This document shows positions 19,136 to 29,977 of a DNA stretch of 64,000 nt, piece by piece. The translations under genes and the position numbers were made by a program. The notes below the pieces were generated by a model that saw only the letters and a program-made list of their open reading frames with translations, made no database searches and was not told the origin of the DNA. How positions within the stretch are numbered: position 1 is the first letter of the stretch; every line of letters starts with the position of its first letter. Origin of the DNA: an uncultured Bifidobacteriaceae bacterium (GTDB taxonomy: Bacteria; Acidobacteriota; Vicinamibacteria; Vicinamibacterales; UBA2999); assembly GCA_964535675.1 (NCBI GenBank), contig CAZHTD010000010.1:2100-66099 (forward strand). The letters run 5' to 3'.

Positions 19136-20827
19136 ATGACACAGATCGACGGCACGCAGCCCACTGCGGCTGCGCTTGAGATCGTGCCCCTCGGAGGGCT
19201 GGGCGAGTTCGGCATGAACATGCTGGCGATGACCTGCGAGGACACCACCATCCTTGTGGAAGCCGGCGTTATGTTTCCGGACGCAGACCAGCTCGGCGTG
19301 GATCTCATCATCCCCGACCTCACGTACCTAGCAACCTGCCGACCGAAGGCGCTCGTCCTCACCCACGGCCACCAAGACCACATCGGTGCCGTGCCGCACG
19401 TGCTGCCGCTGGTGGACGGCCCGGTACACGGGACGCCGTTTACCCTAGCGCTCGTCGAGCCGAAACTCGCCGAGCACGGGCTCGAAGCCGGCGGCCGGCT
19501 GCGTCCGGTGGCCGCCGGCGAGACGGTGACAATCGGCCCGTTCGCCGTGGAGTTCGTGCGGGTCACGCACAGTATGCCCGACTGCGTGGCGCTGGCCGTC
19601 ACGACGCCGGTCGGCACCATCGTTCACACCGGCGACTTCAAGATCGATTACACACCCGTCGACGGGCAGCGCTTCGACCTGCATCGCTTCGCCGCCTTGG
19701 GCTCGGCGGGGGTGCTGGCACTGCTCAGCGACAGCACCAACATCGATCGGGCGGGCGTCTCGGGCTCTGAACGCGACGTGATCCCAGCGTTCGAGGAGCT
19801 GTTCGCCGCCACACGCGGCAAGCTGGTCGTGGCCACGTTCTCGTCGAGCCTGTACCGGATCCAGTTGCTGGTGGACCTGGCCCGGCGCTTCGGACGCAAG
19901 GTGGTTTTCGCCGGCCGCAGCCTCGTCCAGAACACCGAGATCGCCCAGCGCCTCGGCTACCTCCGCCTCCCCGACGGGCTGCAAATCCGCGACGCCGACG
20001 TGCCCGACCACCCGCCGGACGAGGTGCTTTGCATCACCACCGGCTCACAGGGCGAGCCACGGGCGACACTTTCGCGGATCGCCATCGACGACCACGGCCA
20101 CATCCGACTCGCGCCAGGCGACACGGTGGTCTTCTCGGCCCGCGCCATCCCCGGCAACGAGAAGGCCATCGCCCGGACGATGAGTCACATTGCCCGTCGC
20201 GGCGCCGAGGTGGTCACCTGCGCCACCCGGCGAGTGCACGTGTCGGGCCATGGCAGCGCCGAGGAGCTGCGGCTCATGCTCTCGCTCGTCCGGCCACGTG
20301 TCTTCGTCCCCGTTCACGGCGAGTACCGCCAGCTGGCCGCCCATGCCCGCCTAGCCGAGCAAGTGCTCTGCGCCGACGGCACAGGCGTCGAAGTGCTGCT
20401 CGCCCAGGACGGCGACCGCCTCGTGTTCGACGCCGAGAGGGCACGCATCGATGGCGCCGTCTCCGCCGGGCGGGTGCTCATCGACGACACGCGACTCAGC
20501 GAGGTGGGCGATCACGTGCTGCGCGACCGCCGCCATCTCGCGGGCGACGGCGTGGTCATCGCGGTCGTGGCCATCAACCATCAGGACGGCTCGCTGATCG
20601 GTACGCCCGAACTCGTGGCCCGCGGGTTCGTGCTCGGGGCCGACGACGAGGCCGTCCTTTTTGATGGCGCAGCGGGCGTTATCGGCGAGTGCATCGCGCA
20701 GTCGCGCGTCGAGGAACGCACCGACCAGGGGCTCATCACCGAAAAGCTCCGGATCGAGTTGCGTCGGTATTTCAAGAAGCGCTCCGGGTGCCGGCCGATG
20801 GTCCTGCCGGTACTGCTGGAGATTTAG
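19136..20827 (+). CDS. rnj: Ribonuclease J
   Basis: 563 aa. Beta-lactamase/beta-CASP architecture (LTHGHQDHIG, HTGDFK, HVSGHG). Confidence 0.95.
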   Translation: MTQIDGTQPTAAALEIVPLGGLGEFGMNMLAMTCEDTTILVEAGVMFPDADQLGVDLIIPDLTYLATCRPKALVLTHGHQDHIGAVPHVLPLVDGPVHGTPFTLALVEPKLAEHGLEAGGRLRPVAAGETVTIGPFAVEFVRVTHSMPDCVALAVTTPVGTIVHTGDFKIDYTPVDGQRFDLHRFAALGSAGVLALLSDSTNIDRAGVSGSERDVIPAFEELFAATRGKLVVATFSSSLYRIQLLVDLARRFGRKVVFAGRSLVQNTEIAQRLGYLRLPDGLQIRDADVPDHPPDEVLCITTGSQGEPRATLSRIAIDDHGHIRLAPGDTVVFSARAIPGNEKAIARTMSHIARRGAEVVTCATRRVHVSGHGSAEELRLMLSLVRPRVFVPVHGEYRQLAAHARLAEQVLCADGTGVEVLLAQDGDRLVFDAERARIDGAVSAGRVLIDDTRLSEVGDHVLRDRRHLAGDGVVIAVVAINHQDGSLIGTPELVARGFVLGADDEAVLFDGAAGVIGECIAQSRVEERTDQGLITEKLRIELRRYFKKRSGCRPMVLPVLLEI

Positions 20828-20844
20828 CAGAGACAGGACGTCAC

Positions 20845-23160
20845 GTGACTGACTCCACCATCTCACGGCGCATCAGTGAGTTCATCGGCGTGGCGTGTTT
20901 CGCGCTCGCCGTGCTGTGGCTCATCGCCCTCGTCACCTACGAACCCACCGACCCGGTCTGGTTCTTCACGACTGCGACCGGCGGTTCGACGGCCAACTTC
21001 GCGGGTCGCGTCGGCGCCTTCCTCGCTGAGGTGTCGTTCCAGCTGCTCGGCTACGGCGCGGCCTTCGTGCCGGCCGTCATCGCCATCGCCGGCTGGCACT
21101 ACTTCTGGTGCCAGGCGCTTGACGCGATCTACACCAAGGCGGTCGGCGTTCTCCTTTTCGTGGCCTGTACCGCGGCGTTTCTCAGTCTTGTACTGGGCAG
21201 CGTTGCTTTCGACGGTGCCACCTTCCACGCCGGTGGCATCGCGGGCAACTGGCTGGGCACCGCGCTGGCCGAGTACCTCAATCGCACAGGCTCGGTAGTA
21301 GTCCTGCTCACGGTCATGGCCTTGTCGGTGATCCTCTCGACGCACATCTCGCTCGGCCGCGTGTTCGCCTCCGCGGGACAGACGTCGCGGGCGGTGTTGG
21401 TCAGCACCATCAACCGCGTACGCCTGTGGCTCGATGCACGGCGCAAGGCCCGACAGCGCCGCGACGTGCTCGCCAAGCACGGCAAGACGGCCAAGGCGGC
21501 CGCAGGGGTTCGCGCGAAGAAAGCCGCCACCCCCATCGTTCCCACCCCCGAGCCGAAAGCGCAGGCCGTCTCGGACGAGACGGCCGACGACCCGCTCGGC
21601 TCAGAGCCGCTCGCTCCGCTACCCCGCCCCGTGGTCGCGCCGGCCAAGGCCTTGAAGACACCGCAGCTGCCACTGCTCGATCCGGAGCCGGTTCGCGCAC
21701 CAGCGGAGCGGCGGCTCGGCGAGTACACGCTACCGCCCGTGGCGCTGCTCGACACCCCGCGCACCGTGCAAAAGATCGACGAGCGGCAGCTCATGGAGTC
21801 GGCTCGCCAGCTCGAGGACAAGTGCCGAGAGTTCTTGGTCGAGGGGCAGGTCTCCCAGATCCACCCCGGCCCGGTCGTCACAACCTACGAGTTTAAGCCC
21901 GAAGCCGGCATCAAATACAGCAAGATCACCGGCCTCTCCGACGACCTGTGCCTTGCGATGGAGGCCGAGTCGGTCTTGATCGATCGCATCCCCGGCAAGT
22001 CCACGGTCGGCATCCAGATCCCCAACCCACACCGTGAGGCGATCGCGCTGCGGGAGCTGCTCGAGTCGAAGGCTTACCAGCGGTCGAGTTCTAAGCTGAC
22101 GCTGGCCCTCGGCAAGACCATCCACGGGGAGCCGTACGTGGCGGATCTAGCCGCCATGCCCCACTTGCTAATTGCCGGCTCGACCGGCACAGGCAAGTCC
22201 GTCGGCATGAACGCGATGCTGACCAGCATTCTCTATCGGGCCACGCCCAAAGACGTTCGGCTGATCATGATCGACCCCAAGCGCCTCGAGCTCGGCATGT
22301 ACGAGGAAATTCCACACCTGCTCACCCCGGTCGTCGTCGACCCGAAACAGGCGGCGAACGCTCTCCGATGGGCGGTACGCGAAATGGAAGAGCGCTACAG
22401 GACGCTCGCGGCCGAGGGCGTGCGAAACATCGAGCAGTACAACCGCAACGTCCGCCTCGCCGCCGAGGACGACCCAGAGGCGCCCAAGGCCCTCCCCTTC
22501 ATCGTGGTCCTCATCGACGAGCTCGCCGATCTGATGATGGTGGCCAGCAACGAGGTGGAGGAATCCATCGCCCGGCTTGCCCAAATGGCGCGCGCCGTCG
22601 GCATTCACCTGATCCTGGCCACGCAGCGGCCGTCAGTGGACGTGATCACGGGGCTCATCAAGGCGAATCTCCCATCGCGCATCTCGTTCCGCGTCTCCTC
22701 GCGCATCGACTCGCGCACCATTCTCGACAGCAACGGCGCCGAGCAGCTGCTCGGGCGAGGTGACCTGCTCTTCCTACCCCCCGCCTCCTCGCGCTGCATC
22801 CGGCTCCACGGGCCGTACATCTCCGAGCAGGAGACGGCCCGCCTGGCGAGCTTCCTGCGCAAGCAGGGTACGCCAGACTTCGACGACACGATCACGGAGG
22901 ACCCAGAGAAAGCCGGCCCCAACGGCCTTGAGTTCGAGAAGGACGACCTCTACGACGACGCCGCGCGGGTCGTCGTCGAGAGCGGCCAAGTGTCGATCTC
23001 GTACCTTCAGCGGAAGCTGCGGGTCGGTTTCAGCCGCGCCGCCCGCCTCGTCGACATGATGGAATCCGAAGGGCTAGTATCGGCCGCCATTAATGGTAAG
23101 CCGCGCGAAGTGCTGGTCGACCGCAACTATTTCGAGGAGGTGGATGCGCAACTGCGTTGA
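20845..23160 (+). CDS. ftsK: DNA translocase FtsK
   Basis: N-terminal TM helices, a Pro/Ala-rich linker, the motor domain (LIAGSTGTGKSV, VVLIDELADLM, ATQRPSVDVITG) and the gamma domain (ISYLQRKLRVGFSRAARLVDMME). The likely start is GTG 20845, after the rnj stop. The ORF track opens at 20689. Confidence 0.95.
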   Translation: MTDSTISRRISEFIGVACFALAVLWLIALVTYEPTDPVWFFTTATGGSTANFAGRVGAFLAEVSFQLLGYGAAFVPAVIAIAGWHYFWCQALDAIYTKAVGVLLFVACTAAFLSLVLGSVAFDGATFHAGGIAGNWLGTALAEYLNRTGSVVVLLTVMALSVILSTHISLGRVFASAGQTSRAVLVSTINRVRLWLDARRKARQRRDVLAKHGKTAKAAAGVRAKKAATPIVPTPEPKAQAVSDETADDPLGSEPLAPLPRPVVAPAKALKTPQLPLLDPEPVRAPAERRLGEYTLPPVALLDTPRTVQKIDERQLMESARQLEDKCREFLVEGQVSQIHPGPVVTTYEFKPEAGIKYSKITGLSDDLCLAMEAESVLIDRIPGKSTVGIQIPNPHREAIALRELLESKAYQRSSSKLTLALGKTIHGEPYVADLAAMPHLLIAGSTGTGKSVGMNAMLTSILYRATPKDVRLIMIDPKRLELGMYEEIPHLLTPVVVDPKQAANALRWAVREMEERYRTLAAEGVRNIEQYNRNVRLAAEDDPEAPKALPFIVVLIDELADLMMVASNEVEESIARLAQMARAVGIHLILATQRPSVDVITGLIKANLPSRISFRVSSRIDSRTILDSNGAEQLLGRGDLLFLPPASSRCIRLHGPYISEQETARLASFLRKQGTPDFDDTITEDPEKAGPNGLEFEKDDLYDDAARVVVESGQVSISYLQRKLRVGFSRAARLVDMMESEGLVSAAINGKPREVLVDRNYFEEVDAQLR

Positions 23161-24454
23161 CGTCCTCCGAGCGGCGGCCATCGCCGTCGCCATGGCTGTC
23201 GTCACACCGTCGGCCCAGGGCCTTGGCACTTCGCTAACAGGCGTCGCGCGTGACGTCTACGCCGATGTGCTCCGACTCACCCTGTCATTCGACGGCACGC
23301 CAGCAGTGCGCCACCAGCGCCTTGAGGACCCGCCACGTATCGTTGTCGAGCTGCCGGAGACCGCGGTCAACCCCGGCGTGACCGAACGCGAGTGGTCGTT
23401 CGATGACGATGTGGTGCGCCGGATCCAGTTCGGACAGGAGGGTGGCCGCACCCGCGTGGTGCTCGATCTCGACGGCGGGGCCGACTACCGTGTCTACCAG
23501 CTCCGAGACCCAGACCGCGTAATCGTCGACGTCACCCGCAACGCAGCGGGCACCGCGGCCCTGCGTCCGCGGCCGTCACCGTTTCCCGTGCCGCGCACGC
23601 GCCCGTCCGGCCCGGCGTTGCCCCCGGTGGACGGTGCGCTGGTTGCCGCCATTCCGGTGCCCCCGTCGGCGCCGGCGACCGTCGAGCCCGATCTCGCTGA
23701 GGCGCCCGCGACGAACCTCGAGCGCGGGTTCTCGCTCTCGCGACAGCTCGGCCTGGGAATCTCGCGCATTGTCATCGACCCAGGGCACGGGGGACGCGAT
23801 CCCGGGGCGCGGGGGCGTGGCCTCATCGAGGCCGAGATCGTCCTCGACGTCGCGTTGCGGCTCGAGGCCCTGCTCAAGGCCGAGCCCGGGTTCGAGGTCG
23901 TGCTGACCCGTAGGACCAACGTCTACATCCCGCTCGAGGAGCGTACGGCCATCGCCAACCAGAACCAGGCAGACCTGTTCCTGTCGATTCATGCCAATGC
24001 CTCCCTCAACCCGCGAGCCCGGGGCGTCGAGACCTTCTTCCTCGACTTCGCCCGCGACGCCGAGGCCGAGGCACTCGCCGCCCGCGAGAACGCCGGATCG
24101 GCCCGAAGCATGCGCAGCCTACCCGAGATCGTCCAGGCCATCACCCTCAACGACAAGCTTGTCGAGTCACGGGACTTTGCAACCATCCTCCAGACCTCGG
24201 TGCACGAGCAGCTGAGCGCCGTCGATCGACAGGTCGAGGATCGCGGCGTCAAGCAGGCCCCGTTTGTCGTGCTGATCGGCGCCACGATGCCCAGTGCCCT
24301 CGCCGAGATCTCCTTTCTCACCAACGAGCAGGAAGCAATCCTTCTGCGGACCGACGGCTATCGCCAACAGATCGCCGAGGCGCTGCGGGATGGCGTGATC
24401 CGCTACCGACGCTCGTTGCAGGTCGGGGTCGTTGCCGCAACGGTGGTCGACTAG
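23144..24454 (+). CDS. N-acetylmuramoyl-L-alanine amidase with an N-terminal AMIN domain (AmiC-like)
   Basis: Signal peptide, then an AMIN-like segment (RIVVELPET...RTRVVLDL...VIVDV), then Amidase_3 motifs (IVIDPGHGGRDPGA, FLSIHANAS). ATG 23144 is preceded by GAGGAGG and overlaps the ftsK 3' end. Confidence 0.9.
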   Translation: MRNCVDVLRAAAIAVAMAVVTPSAQGLGTSLTGVARDVYADVLRLTLSFDGTPAVRHQRLEDPPRIVVELPETAVNPGVTEREWSFDDDVVRRIQFGQEGGRTRVVLDLDGGADYRVYQLRDPDRVIVDVTRNAAGTAALRPRPSPFPVPRTRPSGPALPPVDGALVAAIPVPPSAPATVEPDLAEAPATNLERGFSLSRQLGLGISRIVIDPGHGGRDPGARGRGLIEAEIVLDVALRLEALLKAEPGFEVVLTRRTNVYIPLEERTAIANQNQADLFLSIHANASLNPRARGVETFFLDFARDAEAEALAARENAGSARSMRSLPEIVQAITLNDKLVESRDFATILQTSVHEQLSAVDRQVEDRGVKQAPFVVLIGATMPSALAEISFLTNEQEAILLRTDGYRQQIAEALRDGVIRYRRSLQVGVVAATVVD

Positions 24455-24541
24455 ATCCGTCGGTGACGGGCACTCGACCCGGGCAGCGCCGGGCGCGTCG
24501 CACCCTTCGTGACCCGCAGGGCGCGGGGCTTTACCCTCGCA

Positions 24542-24766
24542 TCAGATCCGGAGGCGCCGGGCGCTCTGTTCCGGCGACGGCGGGCGTGTGCCACGCACCC
24601 GCTTCAGCAGGATCAGCAACCCGCCCACGACCAGGCTCCCGATGGCAGCCACGGCAAGCAAGACGCCTGCCATCGCGAACATGCCGATCACCACATCGAA
24701 ACTGATGTCGCGCGTCGGCTCTGGCTGCTGAAGCACCTCGACGACGAGCGGGGCAGGCTGCAGCAC
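24542..24766 (-). CDS. Possible small single-pass membrane protein
   Basis: An ORF just after the pepA stop with one strong TM helix (VVIGMFAMAGVLLAVAAIGSLVVGGLLILL) followed by a basic tail. The start is uncertain: GTG 24766, or 24796 in the track. No homology recalled. Confidence 0.3.
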   Translation of the reverse strand: MLQPAPLVVEVLQQPEPTRDISFDVVIGMFAMAGVLLAVAAIGSLVVGGLLILLKRVRGTRPPSPEQSARRLRI

Positions 24767-24771
24767 GGGGC

Positions 24772-26310
24772 TCACCCCTTCGCGACCGTGGACCATTCGC
24801 CGACCGCCTGCGCCAATTCAACCAGCGTGCGTACGCCCGCTCCGGTCGCACCCGGCGGTTGGTAGGGGGCCGGCTTCTCCGCCCATGCTGTGCCGGCGAT
24901 GTCCAGGTGCGCCCACGGGCGGTCTCCGGCAAACGCGCCGATGAACCACGCGGCCGAAATCGCGCCCGCGTCGCGCCCTGCGGAGTTCACCATGTCGGCA
25001 ATCTCGCTCTTCAGCAGGTCGCGGTCGTCCTCGAACGTCGGCATCGGCCACGCGCGTTCGCCCGCCCTGGTCGCGGCATCGCGTACGTGTGCGGTCCACG
25101 CATCCGGCACGCCGAAAAGCCCCGTCGTCGTGTAGCCGAGCGCCACGATGCACGACCCGGTAAGCGTGGCGGCGTCCACTAGGTGCGTGGCACCACAGCG
25201 CCGCGCGTACCAGAGCGCGTCGCCGAGGATCAGCCGCCCTTCGGCATCCGTGTTGATCACCTCCACCGTGGTGCCCTGCGCGCTGATCAACACATCGCCG
25301 GGCTTGACAGCATCGCCGCCCGGCATATTCTCGGTGGCTGGCACGACGCCGACGCAATGCACAGGGAGGCCGAGCGTGGCGATGGCGCCCATCGCGGCGA
25401 TCACCGCCGCACCGCCGGCCATGTCGTCCTTCATGCGTTCCATCTTCTCGGCGACCTTCAGCGAGATGCCGCCCGTGTCGAAGGTCACGCCCTTGCCGAT
25501 CAGCCCCAAGACGGGGCCCTCGGGCGCACCGTCCGGCTCGTGCCGCAAGACGATCAGCCGCGGCGGCTCCTCGCTGCCCCGGGCCACCCCGAGCAGCATC
25601 CCCATCCCCAAGTCGGCCATGGCACGCTCATCGAGCACCTCCACGCCGAGTCCCGTATCGGCGGCCACCGCTTCAGCACGCGCCGCCAGCCCCCGCGGCG
25701 TCAGGGTGTTCGATGGGGCATTGGCCAGCTCGCGGGACAAGTTGACCGCGCGGCCGAGCACCCGGCCCCATTCGACCGCCTGGGCAACCTCTCCGTTCGC
25801 GGTCCTGACCACGACACGTTCGAGCCAGCAGGGTGGCGGTCCCGAAGTCTTGTGCGCGCCGGGGTCGAAGTTCGCGATCACGGCACCCTCAGTCAACGCC
25901 TGTACCAGACGGGCATCACTCACGCTCCCCGGGTTGCGCTCCACAAGTCCCAGGCGTGTGAACCCGAGTCCGCGCGCCGCCAGTCCACCGGTCGCCGCGA
26001 CGCGCCATGCACGATCCACCGACCATCCGGACGGATCGCCGCTGCCCACCAGAATGACCTGACGGCAGCCCCAGCCTGCTCTGGTGGGCACGGCCAGCGT
26101 CTCAAACGGCTTGCTGCCGAACAGCCCTGGCTGCCGCGCCCGTACGTGCTCGTCCGCAACCAGCGACGCCAGCGCCGGCTGGTCCGCCAAATCGTCGCCC
26201 TCGAAGCAGGGCACAACGAGCACGTCCACTTCAAGGGACTCGATCGCGGCACCAGAAACCCCGGTCTCTGGCACGGTGTGCACCGGACGGGTGCTCCCTC
26301 CTGTCGTCAT
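24772..26310 (-). CDS. pepA: Leucyl aminopeptidase (M17)
   Basis: M17 motifs (GKGVTFDTGGISLK, NTDAEGRL, plus the metal ligand set). The likely start is ATG 26310 (MTTGGS...), 16 codons inside the ORF-track start. Confidence 0.93.
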   Translation of the reverse strand: MTTGGSTRPVHTVPETGVSGAAIESLEVDVLVVPCFEGDDLADQPALASLVADEHVRARQPGLFGSKPFETLAVPTRAGWGCRQVILVGSGDPSGWSVDRAWRVAATGGLAARGLGFTRLGLVERNPGSVSDARLVQALTEGAVIANFDPGAHKTSGPPPCWLERVVVRTANGEVAQAVEWGRVLGRAVNLSRELANAPSNTLTPRGLAARAEAVAADTGLGVEVLDERAMADLGMGMLLGVARGSEEPPRLIVLRHEPDGAPEGPVLGLIGKGVTFDTGGISLKVAEKMERMKDDMAGGAAVIAAMGAIATLGLPVHCVGVVPATENMPGGDAVKPGDVLISAQGTTVEVINTDAEGRLILGDALWYARRCGATHLVDAATLTGSCIVALGYTTTGLFGVPDAWTAHVRDAATRAGERAWPMPTFEDDRDLLKSEIADMVNSAGRDAGAISAAWFIGAFAGDRPWAHLDIAGTAWAEKPAPYQPPGATGAGVRTLVELAQAVGEWSTVAKG

Positions 26311-26405
26311 TCCCCCTCTGTCACTCCTTCGGGCTGTCAAGCGGCGCTTGTGCCACACGAGAGGCCACGGTACAATTCAACTCCCGGCTTGGGAGTGCCA
26401 ACTCG

Positions 26406-26831
26406 ATGACTCGATTCAGCCTTTGGCTTCCCGTGCTGCTCGCAGTGCTGGTGCTGACACCGAGCGTGCTGATCGGTCAGGACAGCGAGCACGAGCGGCC
26501 CAGTTTATCATTCCGGGCGACGCCCCCGGTCGGCTTCACGCCACTCCGCGTACGGTTTGTGGTGGAGCTGCGTGGCGGCCACGACGACCACCCGGACTAC
26601 TACTGCCCGGAGGTCGAGTGGGAGTGGGGTGACGGCACGCGCTCGGAGAGTGCCCGCGACTGCGAGCCGTACGTCGAGGGCGTGAGCCAAATTGCCCGCC
26701 GGTACACCGCTGAGCACACCTACCGGAACAGCGGCAGTTTCCGGGCGCGTTTCCGCCTGCGGCAGAACGACGACATCGTCGAGAGCGCTGACATCCGCGT
26801 CCAGGCCCGGCGTGGCTCCGGCGGGTTCTAG
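26406..26831 (+). CDS. Small secreted PKD-like domain protein
   Basis: 141 aa. Signal peptide, then PPVGFTPLRVRFVV...WEWGDGT...HTYRNSGSFRARF, which fits the PKD fold consensus (P..G.aPL.V.F ... W.FGDG ... H.Y...G.Y). Confidence 0.6.
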   Translation: MTRFSLWLPVLLAVLVLTPSVLIGQDSEHERPSLSFRATPPVGFTPLRVRFVVELRGGHDDHPDYYCPEVEWEWGDGTRSESARDCEPYVEGVSQIARRYTAEHTYRNSGSFRARFRLRQNDDIVESADIRVQARRGSGGF

Positions 26832-26947
26832 CCACCCCAGACGGCCGCCGCCAAGTCGAGCCCGCCCGTGATTCGGCAACGGACTTCCTCCGCCCAGCGC
26901 CAAGCTCGGCGCCAGCTTCGACCCCACGCGTGTGCCATACGGAAACG

Positions 26948-27841
26948 TTAGTTGTCTGTCTTGCGGTGCTGCTCGCGCACGAGCACATCGCGCCACCAAG
27001 TCGCATCGTCGAAGAGATCGTCGATAGGCCCCTCACGGGTCAGGCGATCGCGGATCTCGGTAAGGCGTGCGGTGAGCGCATTCAGCGCGTCGCTGATGGC
27101 ATCCGCGTTACCCGCACACACATCCCGCCAGATCCCTGGCGAGCTGGCCGCGAGTCGCGTGGTGTCCGCCAGCCCCCCGCCGGCGAGTGACAGCCCCGCG
27201 GTCTGCACCTCCTGGCCCACCACTCCCATCAGCGCGCTGGCCGCCAGCTGCGGCAAGTGGCTCACAAAGGCCATGACACGGTCGTGCTCGCCCGGGTCCA
27301 TCCGGCGCGGCCGCGCGCCCAGTCCGCGGGCGAACGCCTCGACCTGTCCCACCGGGTCGTCTGGTGTATCAAGAGTGGGCGTGAGAATCCACGGCCGCTC
27401 AAAGAAGAGCGTCCCGCGCGCGTGGACGAAGCCGCTCTTGGCCGCGCCCGCGATGGGATGGCCGCCGACGAAAGTTAAGCGGTCTGGGAGGCCCCTGGCC
27501 GCTTCGAGCACCTGCCGCTTCGTACCGCCAACGTCGGTCACCACTGCCGATCCGGGCAGGTCACCGGCCAACGACTGCAGGATTGCGACGTTCTGGCCAA
27601 CCGGCGCGGCTAGGACGAGCAGGTCGACGCGCCCGAGCGCGCCCACCGACGGCTGGCCCTCATCGACGGTGCCCCGTGCCAGCGCACTCCCCAACACCTC
27701 GGGCCGGTCGACACCCACCAGCCGCACGCCCGGCCACCGAGTCCGCACCCCGAGGGCGATCGACCCACCGATCAGGCCGAGCCCCGCGACGGCAACGCAC
27801 TGAAACGGAGGCCCGTCTCCGGTGTGCGCTACGGCGCCCAT
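26948..27841 (-). CDS. tyrA: Prephenate (or arogenate) dehydrogenase
   Basis: 297 aa. Rossmann motif [10 protein letters not shown], then [15 protein letters not shown] and SHLPQL motifs. It overlaps the DAHP synthase stop by 13 nt. Confidence 0.9.
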   Translation of the reverse strand: MGAVAHTGDGPPFQCVAVAGLGLIGGSIALGVRTRWPGVRLVGVDRPEVLGSALARGTVDEGQPSVGALGRVDLLVLAAPVGQNVAILQSLAGDLPGSAVVTDVGGTKRQVLEAARGLPDRLTFVGGHPIAGAAKSGFVHARGTLFFERPWILTPTLDTPDDPVGQVEAFARGLGARPRRMDPGEHDRVMAFVSHLPQLAASALMGVVGQEVQTAGLSLAGGGLADTTRLAASSPGIWRDVCAGNADAISDALNALTARLTEIRDRLTREGPIDDLFDDATWWRDVLVREQHRKTDN

Positions 27842-28875
27842 CCCCTGCGGCCGACCGGTTCAAGGCAGATGCTCCGGCCGATGGCCGGCGCGATGATCCG
27901 CAGCTCGGACATCAGCCGGTCGAACTGTTCCGGGAACAACGACTGCGCCCCGTCGCTCCACGCGTGGTCCGGATCGTTGTGCACCTCGATGAGCAGCCCA
28001 TCGGCACCAGCCGCCACGGCCGCCCGCGCCAAGTTCGCCACCATATCTCGCCGGCCTGCGCCGTGGCTCGGGTCCGCGACGATGGGCAGGTGGCTTAGCT
28101 TCTTCACGACCGGAATCGCCGAGACGTCGAACGTGTTCCGGGTGGCGGTCTCGAACGTCCGAATGCCCCGCTCGCACAGCATCACGTCGTTGTTGCCACC
28201 GGCCAGGATGTACTCCGCCGACAGGAGCCACTCCTCGATCGTGGCCGAGATGCCGCGCTTGAGCAGCACCGGCTTGCGCACCTGGCCCAGCTCCTTCAGC
28301 AGGCTGAAGTTCTGCATATTCCGCGCGCCGATCTGGTAGATGTCGGAGTACTTGCCGAGCAGGTCGATCTGGCTGGCGTCCATCACCTCCGAGATCACCT
28401 TCAACCCGTGGGCGTCGGCCGCCTCTCGCAGCATGCGCAGGCCCCTCTCGCCGTGCCCCTGGAAGCTGTACGGTGAGCTCCGCGGCTTGAAGGCCCCGCC
28501 TCGCAGCACCTTGGCCCCGGCCTTCTTCACCGCGGCGGCGGTCGCGTGCACCTGCTCGTCGGTCTCAGCCGAACAGGGGCCTGCCATCATAATCACTTCG
28601 TCACCGCCGATGCGGACATCGTCCATCGTGACAACCGTGGCCTCGGGCTTGAATGTCCGGCTGGCCCGCTTGTAGGGCTCGGTGATCCGAAGCACCTCAT
28701 GCACGCCGTCGAGAATCTCGACGAGCCCGGGGTCCAGCTTCTGCGCGCCCACAACGCCCAGCACAGTCCGGGTCGCGCCCGACGACCGGTGCACGTCCAT
28801 CCCCATTTCGATCAGCCGCGCGATGACGGCGTCGACCTGCACCTCGCTGGCGCGTTCCTTCATGACCACGACCAT
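27829..28875 (-). CDS. 3-deoxy-7-phosphoheptulonate (DAHP) synthase, type I-beta, with an N-terminal ferredoxin-like regulatory domain
   Basis: 348 aa. Core motifs ([28 protein letters not shown]) preceded by a roughly 70 aa ACT/FL-like domain, as in Thermotoga-type DAHPS. Confidence 0.93.
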   Translation of the reverse strand: MVVVMKERASEVQVDAVIARLIEMGMDVHRSSGATRTVLGVVGAQKLDPGLVEILDGVHEVLRITEPYKRASRTFKPEATVVTMDDVRIGGDEVIMMAGPCSAETDEQVHATAAAVKKAGAKVLRGGAFKPRSSPYSFQGHGERGLRMLREAADAHGLKVISEVMDASQIDLLGKYSDIYQIGARNMQNFSLLKELGQVRKPVLLKRGISATIEEWLLSAEYILAGGNNDVMLCERGIRTFETATRNTFDVSAIPVVKKLSHLPIVADPSHGAGRRDMVANLARAAVAAGADGLLIEVHNDPDHAWSDGAQSLFPEQFDRLMSELRIIAPAIGRSICLEPVGRRGWAP

Positions 28876-29207
28876 GACTCACTCTCCAGCTTCTTTAACC
28901 GACGGGATCCCACCCCCCGGCTCTCTCTTTCATTCCGTTCCGCGCGCCGCGCTTCGTCGAGGATCCGCTCGAAGATCCTCACCACCGCTTCAGCCGTGAG
29001 AGGTCCGGCCAACTCGGTCGTCGACCGCCTGACGCCGTCGAGCACCCGCGCCTCCCGGGCCGGCTTGTAGACGGCCTGCCCCGTGCTGTACTTGATCTCA
29101 CCGATCTCCACGGCGCATGCCACTCGCACGTTCAGCAGTCGGACCAGCTGCGCGTCAATCACGTCGATCCGGTTGCGCAGCTCCTCGATCGTCAGGATTT
29201 CAGCCAT
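28860..29207 (-). CDS. Chorismate mutase (AroQ class)
   Basis: 115 aa counted from ATG 29207. [30 protein letters not shown]...[10 protein letters not shown] is the AroQ helix pattern. It overlaps the trpA 3' end by 16 nt. Confidence 0.85.
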   Translation of the reverse strand: MAEILTIEELRNRIDVIDAQLVRLLNVRVACAVEIGEIKYSTGQAVYKPAREARVLDGVRRSTTELAGPLTAEAVVRIFERILDEARRAERNERESRGVGSRRLKKLESESWSWS

Positions 29208-29977
29208 CGCACGTACTCCTCCACACGGGGAATCAGCTCCGGCGACGTGCCGGCATCCGCAATCACACTCACCAAGGCGCTGCCGACCACGGCAGCGTCG
29301 GCCCACCGGCCGACCTCCCGTACGTGCTCGCGCTTCGAGATACCAAAGCCGAGGGCCACCGGCAGGTCGCTGACGCTACGGATGCGCGCCACCATCTCAC
29401 GGGCGCCGTCGGCGAGGATCTCCCGGGCACCCGTGACGCCCAGACGAGAGATCGCGTACAAAAACCCGCTGCCGAGGGCAACTGCCTGACGTAATCGAGC
29501 GTCAGATGTGGTCGGACTGAGCAGCAGAATTGTATCAATCCCCTGTCTCGCCATCAGCTCACGTAAGTCCCCCACCTCTTCTATGGGCAGGTCAAGCGCC
29601 AGCACGCCGTCGACCCCCGCCGCCGCCGCCCGCTCGGCGAACCGTTCGGCCCCGAAGCGCAGGATCGGGTTGGCATAGCTGAACAGCACGATCGGCGCGC
29701 GTACCGATCCGCGCAGGCCCGCCACCATGTTCAGCACTCCCTCGAGCGTCACGCCGGCGGTGAGGGCTCTCTCGGTCGTGCGCTGAATGACGGGACCGTC
29801 GGCCAGCGGGTCCGAGAACGGCACCCCCACTTCAAGCACGTCCACCCCGCTCCGATCCAACGCTCGCAGAATCTGGTCGCTGCGGCCCATGTCGGGGTCC
29901 CCGGCCATCACATACGTGACCAAGCCGGGCTCGGGCCTCGCGCGCACGCGTTCGAACGTCGCGGCCAGGCGGCTCAT
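29192..29977 (-). CDS. trpA: Tryptophan synthase alpha chain
   Basis: 261 aa. Contains [18 protein letters not shown] and GFGIS motifs. Confidence 0.95.
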   Translation of the reverse strand: MSRLAATFERVRARPEPGLVTYVMAGDPDMGRSDQILRALDRSGVDVLEVGVPFSDPLADGPVIQRTTERALTAGVTLEGVLNMVAGLRGSVRAPIVLFSYANPILRFGAERFAERAAAAGVDGVLALDLPIEEVGDLRELMARQGIDTILLLSPTTSDARLRQAVALGSGFLYAISRLGVTGAREILADGAREMVARIRSVSDLPVALGFGISKREHVREVGRWADAAVVGSALVSVIADAGTSPELIPRVEEYVRWLKS